A DNA stretch of 64,000 nt from the NCBI GenBank assembly GCA_951406725.2, contig OX597833.1, positions 37,882,001 to 37,946,000 on the forward strand. Direction: 5' to 3'. Of this stretch, positions 14,891 to 28,680 are shown in pieces. Positions within the stretch are counted from its first letter, which is position 1. Each line of letters starts with the position of its first letter. The notes beneath the pieces were generated by a model. The model saw nothing but the letters and a program-made list of their open reading frames with translations. It ran no database searches and had not been told where the DNA came from. The DNA is from Octopus vulgaris (Eukaryota). Both the position numbers and the translations under genes were made by a program.

Positions 14891-17800
14891 TTAATGTAGA
14901 AATTATTTAAGAAAGAAGAGTTCTAAGTTTGGTTAATTGGTTCTGATAATAATTGGTTAGTGATTCCCAGTACATTTATTACTCTTGTCTTCTTTCCACT
15001 TGAATCAAGAAGCTTTGCTCAAATGTATAGATGACATATACTGACTGACAGCTGACAGCAAGTGCGAAGCAAGATGTGGTTAAAACTAGAAATCAAACTA
15101 GAGCAACTGTTGCTACGGCTGTGGCTGCTGCAGCTGCTGTTGCTGCTGCTGTTAGCAACAGGGGAGTTACCGAGATTTTGTATAACCTTTAACAAACCAA
15201 TTGTATAACCTCTTTCAGCTTCATCATTTTGCCATCCTTGCCGCAGGAGACAATTTCATCGGGATTAACTTTCATTTGCTTTTTGATGAACCTCAGTAGA
15301 TGTTTCTGATTCATGCACGAGGATGCATGGATGTGTGTATCCACCTGGAAGAGATTAAAGTCAAAGTAAAGAAATCGGTACAATAGAGCATTGGTAAGTT
15401 ATGATGAAATTTGATCTTTCGACCAATACATTACTAATAACATTACACATACAAACACATATATACTAAAAAGAGAACTGAGCCTATGACAAATTTATTT
15501 ACTTATAATCTACACTTAATTAATTAGTACTCTAATAATTATTGTCAAGCCATCAAACTTGTACCATTATGCAAATTAGTCTGCTTCATACTTTTAGGTA
15601 CGGCTGATGTAAGGACCATAAAAGATGGTAAATAGTAAATGACAGTAAAGGCACATTCCACTTGAGAAGAAGAGATAATTTCAACAATCAAGAAATTTCC
15701 AAAATTGACATGCCATTAAGGAAAAAGGACAGGTTTTATTACGTTTATATATTTGTTTTGCAAGATTCTTGATGTGAAATCGTGTGTTGAAACAGATGTT
15801 GTTGTATTTAGGAATGGTCATGTTGCCAGTTTAGCCAATAAAAACACACACACTATATATTTGGTGTTAATTTACTTCAGCTTTATTTATTTTTTACATT
15901 AATCTTAATCTTATTTCGGCCAGAGTTCTTTCGTCACACTTCTGTGACCTCATCAGTGGTCCTTTGCTTTCTTCTTTCTTATTTGTGTGTCTCTCCTTAC
16001 TAACAGTCAGCCATTTTGTATTTTGTATTCCTATTGTATGTGTCTTTATCTTCGCATGCCCCTGTGTGTGTCTATGTTTAGTTAGTGGGGGGAGTGCCTG
16101 TAATATTTGTATCTCCTGTTTATACACATTCATGTAATTTGTTTTTTTGTTTGGAGATATAGAAGACAGACGAGGACATGTGTTTCCAGCTCAATAAATG
16201 TCATCACCATGATGACAATTAAGGTTGGACAATTGTGTAAATAACAATGGTAGGGGAGTGGGTTTAAACTCTAACAGCATTCAACAAAATAACTGACCTT
16301 TCTGATGTTGTAGAAATCACGGTGGGGCACTTCTTTTTGGGCAGCTGATTCCTTTAGTTCATTCAACAAAACATGTAATTGGTATTTGTATGATAGATAA
16401 CTGAGGCGCTGGTAACAGAATGATTTCCTGTAACAATAACAATAACAGCAACATCAAGAAGAATGTATAAAGAACAATCTTTATATTCAGCAACAGCATC
16501 AGGCTTAAATATATATAGAACTATTTGTTTAAAACCCTTTAGCATTTAGACTGGCAATATCAGACCCAAATATTCAAGCTGTTTTATGTTCAAACAGGCT
16601 AGATCTGGCCTTTCACACCTACCCTACAATGTCATTCTAAAAATAAAGTCACATCAAAATGTCAAAGCTACATGATAATACATGATTAATTCAAAGCAAT
16701 GTGAAAAGATATGTATTACATTTGACAATATAATCTGAATGTTGAAGTGTTAAAACAAAATTCTAGTGCTATTTTTCTCACTATCTGTAAAGTCGAACAT
16801 ATTTAATACTTTATTTTCCGTTATATATTTATTTATTTATCTATTTTGTAACTGTTAATGGTATTCTAGGTATAAGCATGGATTCTAAGCACTGGTGTGG
16901 TCAAAGAGCTTGTTTAACAATTCCATGGTTCTGAGTTCCATCCCACAGTGAAGCAGCTTGAGCAAGCATTTCTTCTCAGCATTTGATGTTTGATGCCCAG
17001 GATCCACACTCACAAACTGGATAATTCCCGCACTTAGCTATTAATATATAGAACAAACTTTTGGAAGTTACAATTAGAACTCATGTCTTCAGATGGAATG
17101 CAAGCTTTCAAAAACAAACACACAAACACTTTTTTCATTCTCACTGTGTTGTGAACCAATAATTGTCTGCTGGAACCCTCTTGGAACAGGAAAATCCAGA
17201 AAAACTAATCTTCGTGTATACATCATCATCGTCATCATCATCGGTTAACATTCGTCTTCCATGCTAGCATGAGTTGGACAGTTCGACCAGGGTCTGAGAA
17301 GCCAGGAGGCTGCACCAGGCTCCAGCTGATCTGGCAGTGTTTCTACAGCTGACAAATCAAATCAGAACTATCTCCAAAGTTATATGTCTATACATGATGG
17401 AGAACAGAGTGCAGTTTTAAGTTCTCAATAAACTGAATCTGTAATCTAGGTTCAGTTCCAAGTCACAGCCATATCACATAATCCATCTAATGGCCTTTGG
17501 AAAGTCATAAACTGCCAATCCCCCACCCTTGTATCTATGAAATCAATAGAACTGAAACCTTTTGATGGATATCTCTGTTCATCAATAAGTTTGGACAACT
17601 GACAACACATAGGAAAAGTAGTCATTCTTATATGTATGAGAGAAAGAAAGAGAGAGAGTATGCATGCGTGTGCATGCGCGCATGTGTGTGTGTGTGTATA
17701 AATGCATACATACAGGCACACAGGAAATAGATTTACAATATCGCTAGTGAGTCAAACAAGATGCCTCACAGTACTTAGTTAAGTCTTGAGTTCAAATCCT

Positions 17801-19378
17801 ACAGAGAAATGGGGCTGGTAAAATAAGGTACAAGTCAAGTGCCTGAGGTTGGTTTTAATATTCCTATAAATCATTCTAAATCTGGCATTATAATAGAATA
17901 CTAAGGCTAAGAAAACGCACACACATACACATGCACACTTGTGCATAGGCATCACACAATGGAAAATGGTAAAACAATACAGCTCCATTGTGTTCTGAGT
18001 TCAAAATCTTCAATGTTCTAAATGGGTGGTAGAATTAATCTGTTGCCCACCTTAATACTACCATTTGGCATCTTAGGTACCTATACCAAAGGCACCCCTG
18101 ATGCAAGCATTCAAGCCAGGTCTCTAGTTTGATGAGATCTTCCTCCTTGCTTCCCTTAGAACAATTATGCAACATTAAAACAAGGAGACACAAACATGCA
18201 CACACACCCCATACACATACATATATCTTGCAAGAGCCCAGTGACGGTGCCACATAAAAAGCATCCAAGCCAGCACCATGTAAAAGGCACCCATGCCAGC
18301 ACCATGTAAGGAGCACCCCAACACACTTTGTAAAGTAATTGGTGTTAGGAAGGGCATCCAGTCATAGAAATCGTGCCAAAGCAGGCTGGAACCTGGTGCA
18401 GCTTTCCTGCTTGCCAGTTCTGGCCAAACCATCCAACCCATGCCAGCTTGGAAAACAGACTTTAAAGGATGACGATGATGACGATGGTGGTGGTGATAGG
18501 TTCATACACACACATACACAGGCCCGCATGAGCACACACACAATGGGCTACTTTCAGGTTCTTATTTCTTTACTGCCCACAAGGGGCTACACACAGAGGG
18601 GACAAACAAGGACAGACAAATAGATTAACCCCAGTGCATAACTGGTACTAATTTAAGCAGCCCCGAAAGGATGAAAACCAGAGTCGACCTCGGCAGAATT
18701 TGAACTCAGAACATAATAGCAAACAAAATACTGCTAAGCATTTCGCCTGGGCGTGCTAACATTTCTGCCAGCTCACCGCCTTTCAGGTTCTGTCTACCAA
18801 AACCACTCACAAGGCTTTGGTTGGTCTAGGACTCAACTAAAAGACATTTGCTCAAGGTGCCATGCAGTGGAACTGAACCCAGAACCATGTGGTTGGGAAG
18901 CAAACTTCTTACCACACAGCCATTCCTGCAAATATATAGATGAAAAAAAAACTTACAATGGTCCATCACTGATAAGTGTATACATGATATTCTGATCGTT
19001 TAGGAAAGTAGCACAGTCTGGGTATGTCCAATCAAATGGCTTGTCTTGATCCATGGATGCTTTATCGAGGTACACTTTCATCACACCATTCACCATTTTG
19101 AACGCACAATTCACACTATTTGGCAGTATACAATCAAAAGGATCTCCATCAGTTCTCGGTGCATGGATAGGGTGATCTAGAAAAAAACAAAAACAACAGT
19201 TCTCTTACATTATACACTATATTATATGCATGTGTGTGTGTGTGTGTGTGTGTGTGTTTATAAGTGAGTGTGTGCATATGTATACATCTGTGTGTATGTA
19301 TATGTGTGTGTGTTTCTGTATCTATGTGTCCATGTATGTATATGTATGTATGTATGTATGAATGTATGTATGTATGTG

Positions 19379-19436
<58 letters not shown>

Positions 19437-22400
19437 TATATATATATACATACATATATACACACACATACATAAAAATTAAGCACAGATAAATACAAAC
19501 ACTACAAGGAACACACAAACAAGGATACAAAAATAGAAATATCTTTTCTGCTGACTGAAGTTTTGCAGTTTCAGCACATTAACAACAGGGTTGTTAGCTT
19601 CAGTGAACCAGAAGAGTTGAAAAAAAAATCTACTGCTGAAGGGTTTAGTGAAGACAACAACAAGAGATCAGGACAATGGGACATAGTACAGCATGTTTAC
19701 AACATGAGAGGACAAATTGAAAGCAAGTATATGTGAATGTATGATTAAATAGATAAAATGCATATATGATAAACATTAAAGTTAGCAACAAAAAAAAAAG
19801 GATATGAAAAATAGCCAGAATTTTATTATTGAGACAAACAGGACAATGAACAAGTAACAAGAAATTAAACACACTGAGTTTTTGACAGAAGTAAAACAGA
19901 ACAAAACAGACTGCATGTGTGTGTGTGTGTGTGTGTTTGCATTTGTGTGTGTGTAATATATTTGATGTATGACAGTATTTGTCTGATGAACAAAAATAAT
20001 TATAAACTTCAGAAGAAACATTGAGATGCAATGAATTTTGATTGAAAAAATATCATGGCAAAAAAAATTTTTTAAACAATTCATGAAAATTCTTTTTAAA
20101 AAAATGGAATAAATACAAAAAAAAAATCAATACTATCAAGTTTAATGCATGTACAAATAATGCAGAAATATAAAGACAATGTAAAATCACTAAACAGGTC
20201 ATACAAAAACTTAGTGATTTTAGAAAAAACACAAATATGGCATGCCAATAAGGAAGCCCTCTACATGGTCACTCACTCTGCTGGAAATAGTAGCTAAATA
20301 TACTTCAAATAACTTTGTACTGCACTAATACTAGCAGGACATATTTGTTAATGGTATTATTAGACAATTTATGCTTAAAATATAAGACATGATGGTCACA
20401 GCTGGAACATCTTTGATAATATGCCTGCTCAATCAGGGCTGACTTAATGCTAAACAACAACTTTTACCAATATCAGAAGTGATCACATTTGTGTGGTACA
20501 TTAATAATGAATCTACCATTACTAGGTGACTGTAGCAAGCCTTTGCAATGTAAGCATTGCTTATCAAATACTTAGCCATCAATAATGGAAATCATTGTAG
20601 CTGAAGAGAGCCACCATGAAAGCTTCAATGACAGTCCCATCAACTGGCTAACAGCCAAATTCCCTAAAATCTCACCCTACCTTTTTAAAAGGGGAAAGCT
20701 ACAACCTATTCTTTCTGCAGAATCTATTTCACAATCAAACAAAAATATACATACACATATATAAATATGTATATTCACACACAGACACACAAAATGTTTG
20801 TCAGTGCGTGATTTCAATATGTTACTGCTATTTCATTTATTGCTGATATATTTGCTTTTCATACAAAATCTTTACCTTTCATCTTTTACTTGTTTCAGTC
20901 ATTAGACTGGAGCCATACTGGAGCACTGCAGTACTTTTTTATTATTTTTTTTTAAAGCTTGGTACTTATTTTATCAATGCTTTCTGCTAAACTGCTAAGT
21001 TACAGGTATGTAAACACATCAACAGCGGTTGTAAAGTGGTAATAGGGGACAAACATAGATACAAAGACACACATACACGGGCTTCTTTCAGTTTCTGCCT
21101 ACTAAATCCACTCACGGAAGCGCAATGGCCCAGTGGTTAGGGCAGCGGACTCATGGTCGGAGTATCGCGGTTTCAATTCCCAGACCTAAAAGCTCCACGA
21201 GGCTCTGGCAGGGGGTGGTGGCGACCCCTGTTGTACTCCTTCACCATAACTTTCTTTCACTCTCTCTTCCTGTTTCTTGAGTAACGCTGCAATGGACTGG
21301 CATCCCGTCCAGCTGGGGGGGAACGACGACGACACAGAAACCGGGAAACCGGGCCCATGAGCCTGGCTCGGCTTGATAAGGGTGATGTTTATCGTTTCTT
21401 TTGAAACCCACTCACAAGGCTTTGGTTGGCCCAAAGCTATAGTAGAAGACACTTGCTCAAGGTGTTACATAGTGGGACTGAACCTGGAACCATGTCGTTA
21501 GGAAGCATGCTTCTGACCAAACACCCACACCAGCATCTATATATGTGTGTGTGTATTCATTGGTTACCGTTACTGATTTCCACACTACGTACCTTTACTA
21601 AATTATCTCCACTGTTCCCAGAGAAGTATCGCGGAGATATCTGCTATAAATGGCTTCCTCTGTTCATCTCTAAAGACACTCACCATTGAAACATATTCAT
21701 ACCAAAACAACTCTGTCAAGAATGGAGCAGTGTATTACCTGCACAACAACCCCTACTTTATGACTACTGCACTAGATTACATTCTAACTAGTGAGAAAAA
21801 ATCCCAAAATAAACACATTATTTAACCCTTTTGTTACCATATTTGTCTTGAAATACACTGCCTTTGTTCTAATTGATTTTGAAACTAATGAATAATTTAG
21901 TGAAATAACTTTATCATTATTAAGTTGGTGTTTCAAAATTAAGCTAATATGAAACTTTGATGGAAGGTTTAAATTTAGCTCACCAAATATTCTATTTTAT
22001 ATTCAAATTGGCCAAATCTAGCCTCTCACACCTATCCTACAATGTCATGCTAGGAACAGGTGATAACGTGATATAAATCTCAAAGCTATGAGATAATCCA
22101 TGATTAATTCAAAACAATGTGGATAAATAAGCATTACAGTTGATTGAGTAAACTGAATGCTAAAGGGTTAAAAAACGAAGTTTATATCACAAAACAAAAG
22201 GCATTTTCAGCCATGTTGGTTCCAAAAGGGTTAAGATGATGTTATAATTTCATTTCCTCAAATGAATATATTTCAGACAATTTGGTGGGGTTTTTGTTTT
22301 CTATTCTTTTAGAAAGGAAACATTCTCTTACATTTTCTCCCTTTCCAACTTTAAAAAAAAAAAACTGTGATGAAGTGAGCCACCATGGAAGCTTCAATGA

Positions 22401-23422
22401 CAATCCCATCAACTGGCTAACAGCCAAATTCCCTAAAATCTCACCCTACCTTTTTAAAAAGGGAAAGCTACAACCTTTCCTTTCTGCAGAATCTATTTCA
22501 CAATCAAACAAAAACTGTTATAATTAGTTAAATTATTAGTGTGAACATATTTAATGCAGGGAACATTAAGAAGGTTAACTAGAAATACAAAGGCAAGGAG
22601 AAAAAAAAAAGACAGGCATGTACAGGAGATAACACCATACATGTTTTGGTCTTATTCTGACCTCATCAATAAATCATAACTTTCCTCATACTTGCAAAGT
22701 TTTGATGGGAGAATCACTAAGTAAATATACAAGATTGTGTATGTATATTGGTTAGTGGATGATGGCAAACTAAATTTCATCAAAATAGTCAATGAAAACA
22801 ACTGATTAGGGTTTTTCCACAGTATCATAGAACCCAAGAAATTCTACATTTTACATTACCTTCAATGCCCTTCATGCATTGGTGATCGTTAGAAGTTATA
22901 TCTGATGCTGAAAATTATGAAGATAACCAAACGAATTTGGTTGATTATTTTTAATATTGATTATTCAATTAATTTACATTGGAAAACAAACAATATTATT
23001 GGCAGTTGTTATACAAGTAATCATAAGAATGCCTGACAAGATGTTAAAAGGAATGATGATTATGAACACACACATATGTACGGTTGATAACAAATAATTG
23101 AAATATTTTTGAGGATGATAATGATAATGATACCAATAGTAATGATAATGAAGACAATAAATCAAGTGGTAAAAGGACTTGTTGGTTTGCATGCATTTTC
23201 CATGCTCGTTATTGTAATGAAAAAAGAGTGTTTATTCTGAGCCATATGGTCTCCTTCAAGAAAATCTTAACACTTCTTTTTTGTTATTGTTACAAGATCC
23301 TTAAAATCTTCATCATCATATGCGCGGGTTGGACAATTCAACATGAACTGACCCACACAAGCATAGAAAAAGGCATCTAAATGATAATGCTGACATGCAT
23401 GTATGTATGTACGTACATGTAT

Positions 23423-23488
<66 letters not shown>

Positions 23489-26400
23489 GAGTGTATTTTT
23501 GCCTTGTTAACACAGTTATAGAGCGTGCATATCGATGTAAACATTGGCAAAAACACACCTTTAGTGCATATAAGTAATCTCTATCATTATATATAATTTA
23601 AACAATAATTTCCTTTATATTTAACATTCACTATTAATATCCCTACTCTTTCTATAAGCTACTTCTGACGTTATATCATATAACATTTTTTCAAACAATA
23701 TTAATAGCGTTCAGTAAATCACTATACATATCCATCATTTTTCGCTAAAATGTCTTATTGACAAGTTTCGTTTTTTCACTTTCCTTGCATTGTTTTATAC
23801 CATATATTCTTTTGAATAATATCAGTGGAATCTTCAAAACATGTAGCGAAAGTAAAAGTATTTGATTTATACCTGCATTAAACTCCATTTATATATATAG
23901 ATATATATCAAGTTGAATAAAAAGTAAGCAATATTTTGAACCATGAAGAATTTGTGCCAGATTTTTGCAGAGTTTTGAATTTTTTTTAACATTTTTTGCA
24001 ATTGTCTGTATTACCAGACATAGACTTGCCCAAATGCATCAATAAATTAACATTAATACTTTTTGCACTGTTGTTACAATCAACTGAAATGGAACTGTCA
24101 AAGTGTGATATTTCAGCAATTTTGCTATTCAACTTCCATAAAACATACAAAGCTGCTGAAACTGCCCATGATATCAACAAAACATTTGGTGAGGAAATGA
24201 CCAGTGAGTGGCCAGCTCGAAAATGGTTTAAATGATTTCACAGTGGAGACCTGAGCCTTGAAGATCATGAGCATAGTGGACGCCCATCTGTCATCAAAGA
24301 CAATCAATTAAAAACCTTCATTGAGGAAGAACCACTACTCAAGAATTGGCAAAAGAACTTCAACTTAGCCAGAAAACTGCCTGCAACCATTCGCATGCAA
24401 TCTGAAAAACCAAAAATGGGGTAGCACACGATTGGAATGAAAATCAAAAAATGCACAGATATAAAATTTGCTAGTCGCTTCTTCCCCGTAACCAGACTTA
24501 TCTATTTCACAACTATATTGTAACTTGCAATGAAAGATGGATTCTGTACAATAATAAAAAAAACATTCTTCACAGTGGTTGGACCAAAATGGAGCACCAA
24601 AAACCTTCTCTAAATCTGAGCTCTTCAAAAAGAAGTTTATGAAGACTGTTTGGTGGTGTACTGCTGCACACATCCACTTTAACTTCTTAAAACCCAGAAA
24701 AACCATTACTGCAGGAACATGTCATGAAATTGCCAAAATGAATGAAAAACTGCTACTCCTCCATCCCAAACTAGTCAACAGAAGAGGGCCAATCATTCTT
24801 CATGACTACTTCTTGACCACTGGTTTCACTAATGACACTCCTGAAGTTGAGGGAACTTGGCTACAAAGTTCTTCCCCATCCAACTTATTCCCCAGACCTT
24901 TCTCCTACCAACTACCATCGATTCAAAAGTCAAACCAATGCTGAAAGTGCGTTCAAAGAATTCATCAGTTTCAGAACTCCAGATTTTCATGTTAGTGGAA
25001 TAAACAAACTTGTAACTCATTGACAAAAATGTGTTGATTGTAATGGTACTTACTTTGATGAAAAAAATTTCCACATCACAGAAATATATTGCGATGAATT
25101 TCATGTTTCAAAACGTTGCTTACTTTTTACTTAGCCTGATATATATATATCAGCAACCTCTGATGAGCATAGGGTTATAAAATCAGATTGTTACCTAACA
25201 CTCCATTGTATCCCTAGCACGAAACTGATTGGTAAGATCAGCCATAAAATAAAATAAATAAATGCGCCCTTTCAAAGCCTAGCCAGGGTCATGGGCCCTA
25301 TTTCCCAGTTTCTATGGCTTATATGTTCCCCAGCTGGACGGGACACCAGTCCATCGCAGCATTACTCATTTTTGCCAGCTGAGTGGACTGGTGCAATGTG
25401 AAATGAAGTGTTTTTGCTCAAGAACACAATGCGTTGCCTGGTCCAGGAATCGAAAGCACAATCTTATGATCATGATGCTGATACCCTAACCGCTAAGCCA
25501 CGGTGGATATATAATATTCTACACTTCAAATAATATATATATATGTGGGAAGATGTATGATATGTATGTACATCTACATATACATATATATTTATATATA
25601 TATAATAATCCTTTCTACTATAAGTACAACATTTGAAAGTTTGCGGGGAGAGGCATAGTTAATTACATCAACCCCAAGAGGACAAAAGGCAAAGCTGACC
25701 TTGGTGGAATTTGAACTCAGAACATAAAGACAAATTAACTGCTGCTAAGCATCTTGTCCAGCAAGCTGATGGTTCTGTCAATTCATCCCCCTTATACATA
25801 TATTTAATTATAACCAATATAAACGTTTGTTAATTGGATGATTCCACCAGTCACACTTCATGCAAAATACTGGGGTTTTCATTCCTGCACCAGGTGATGC
25901 ATTGTGTTCTTGAGCAAAACACCTTATTCCATGTTGCTCCAGTCCACTCACCTAGCTAAAATGAGTATTCGTGTGACAGACTGAAGTCCTGTCTAAGAGG
26001 AGAATATATACACCACAGAATCTGGGAAACTAGCCTTATGAGCCTATGGCTCAAGAAGGATCTTTGAACCCGTAACTAATAAACACACATACACACACAT
26101 ATAAATGTATGTAATATAGATCAGTAATACCCTTCTCACTAGTAATGCCTTCCCTGTATATTGCACAACTGTAATTCTATTTTCGCAAATAAACTGCACT
26201 TCATATTCAAGGCTCTGATGAAGCTACAGGATGTTACTCCGACACTCAACTGTGAGTTCACCACATCCTATAGTGGAAACAGCTATAAACTAATCAAAGT
26301 TCATACCATAACCATAGTTTTTTTGTGTCATCACTTTTTCTTATACATATGTCATATGTATGTATATACATACACACACATATATATATATATATATATA

Positions 26401-26584
26401 CACAATAACTTTGGCACCTACACCTTGTGTGTATTTGTAAAGTGAAGATAGAGTACATCTTGATAGCTGGTGAAAATTATTAAGTGTACAAGCGAAAATG
26501 ATAAAACAACACAAAGGATTAATTGAATGATTATGATAAGAAACAAAACCATGCCAATTGTTAATACACATACATATCTGTCTA

Positions 26585-26670
<86 letters not shown>

Positions 26671-28625
26671 AATATATAATTGTACACATTATTTCATTAT
26701 TTAATTATTATTTAATTAGTATCAAAACACAACGAAAATGTTGGGTGCTTCAGTTCTTTACATGTTTTAGATAGAAACAAATGAAATAAAACACAAAAGC
26801 AACCCACAAAATATACAAATCTGAGATTAATTGTGTGAATATCTCAAAGCACATTAATGTAAGGTTAAGATTTGCTGTTATAATTAACAAATTTAGGTAA
26901 GGTATATAAAAGCCAATAAACGCTCTTTATTTTTGTTTAACTCTTTAGCATTCGAATTGACCATATCCATCCAAAATATTCCCCCAGTTTTATGTTTAAA
27001 CCAGCCAGATCCAGCTTCTCACACTGACCCTACAATGTCATTTTAAAAGCAGAAAATCACATCATCAAATTTGTGAAGGTGCGAGATAATTCATGAGTAA
27101 TTCAAAATGGTGTCAATAATGAAGAATTAGATTTAACATAAAGTAACATGAATGCTAAAGAGTTAAATCATGAATTTGCTTACATGTAATTCCTTTAAAT
27201 CACAAGTCATCAAGTTTTTAGTATTAACAAGGTTGTCACTCATTAATAAATGTTACTGTGTGTGTGACTGTGTATGTGTACATTCAAAAAAATAATCCCT
27301 AACATTTATATGTGTGTGTGTGTTGGTTCATCCCATAAATAATGCGTTTTTTCCAACTGCAACAACTAAAAATCAGAGGGGGATGGGATAAAATACTTGC
27401 ATCAACTTGCTATAAAAGCAGGTAGTAATTTTACCTTGTACTTATTCTTAGTGCAAGTTTTGAAGAGTGCAGTTCGATTTTAACAGCTATTTTTTCAAAG
27501 CTATAATGGAAGTGACAAAGGAGCATATTCGGCATATATTGCTTTATGAGTTCAATTCAGGCAACAACGCCATGGAAAGTGCAAGGAATATTAATCCAGT
27601 ATATGGAGATTGGACAAAAAGCGTAAGCCAATGTCAACAGTGGTTCCAGAAATTCCAAGCTGGAAACTACAGCCTCGAAGACAAGCCCCATCCTGGAAGA
27701 TCTGCAGAGCTCAACAAGGATGTCCTGCAAACCCTGGTGGAACAAAATCCCATCATAACTGTTGAGGAACTAGCAGAGAAGCTTGGATTTGGTCATTCAA
27801 CTATTCATCGGCACCTGTGTGTCATTGGAAAAGTCAGCAAATTGGGTCAATGGATTCCTTACAAACTTTCCAAGTCTAATCACGTGCAGAGAGTGAATAT
27901 GTGCTCTTCTTTACTGTCACGTTTCATGAATGAACCTTTTTTGGGACCGAATAGTGAATGGTGACAAGAAATGGTTTCTCTATAAAAATGTCAAGTGCTG
28001 AAGACAGTGAGTAGGGAAAGGAGAAACACCAGTACTCCAGGCTAAAGAAGGTCTTCACCCACATAAGGTGTTGTTATCTGTTTGGTGGGATATGAAAGGT
28101 TTAGTCCACTTTGAACTTTTAAACCCAAACCAAACGATAACAAAGGAGATCTACTGCAAGCAACTGGAGCAGCTTAAGTCATCGCTAGAAGGAAAATGAC
28201 CATCTTTGGTTTTAAGATGAAAGGCGTTCTTCCATCAGGATAATGCTCGGCCACATACCACAAGGATGACATTCCAAAGGCTGGAGTAGTTTGAATGGGA
28301 AACGATGCCCTATTCACCATACTCACCAGACATTGCCCTATCTAATTATCATTTATTCTGTAGTCTTCCAAATCATTTGGATGGAAAAAATATGGATTCT
28401 GTAGACAAGGTCAGAACATTAATGGAGAAGTATTTTTCTTCACAGACAAGTGAATTTCGGAAGAGGGGCCTTGCAAGTCTACCAGATAGATGGAAGAGCA
28501 TTGTAGAAAATGAAGGAGAGTATATTTTAGATTAAAAAAGAGCTTTGTTTATCTTAATTTTTTAAAAATCAAAGAAGTATAAAAAAAAACACATTACTTA
28601 TGGGATGACCCAATATATATGTATG

Positions 28626-28680
<55 letters not shown>

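Noticed and set aside
21120-21190. tRNA-like sequence
   Set aside because: It is the head of a SINE with TSDs and a non-tRNA body; no convincing complete cloverleaf
23805-23850. Hammerhead relic with AAACATGTA stem III
   Set aside because: The core is too mutated (TTGAATA, no GAAA) to call without a family consensus
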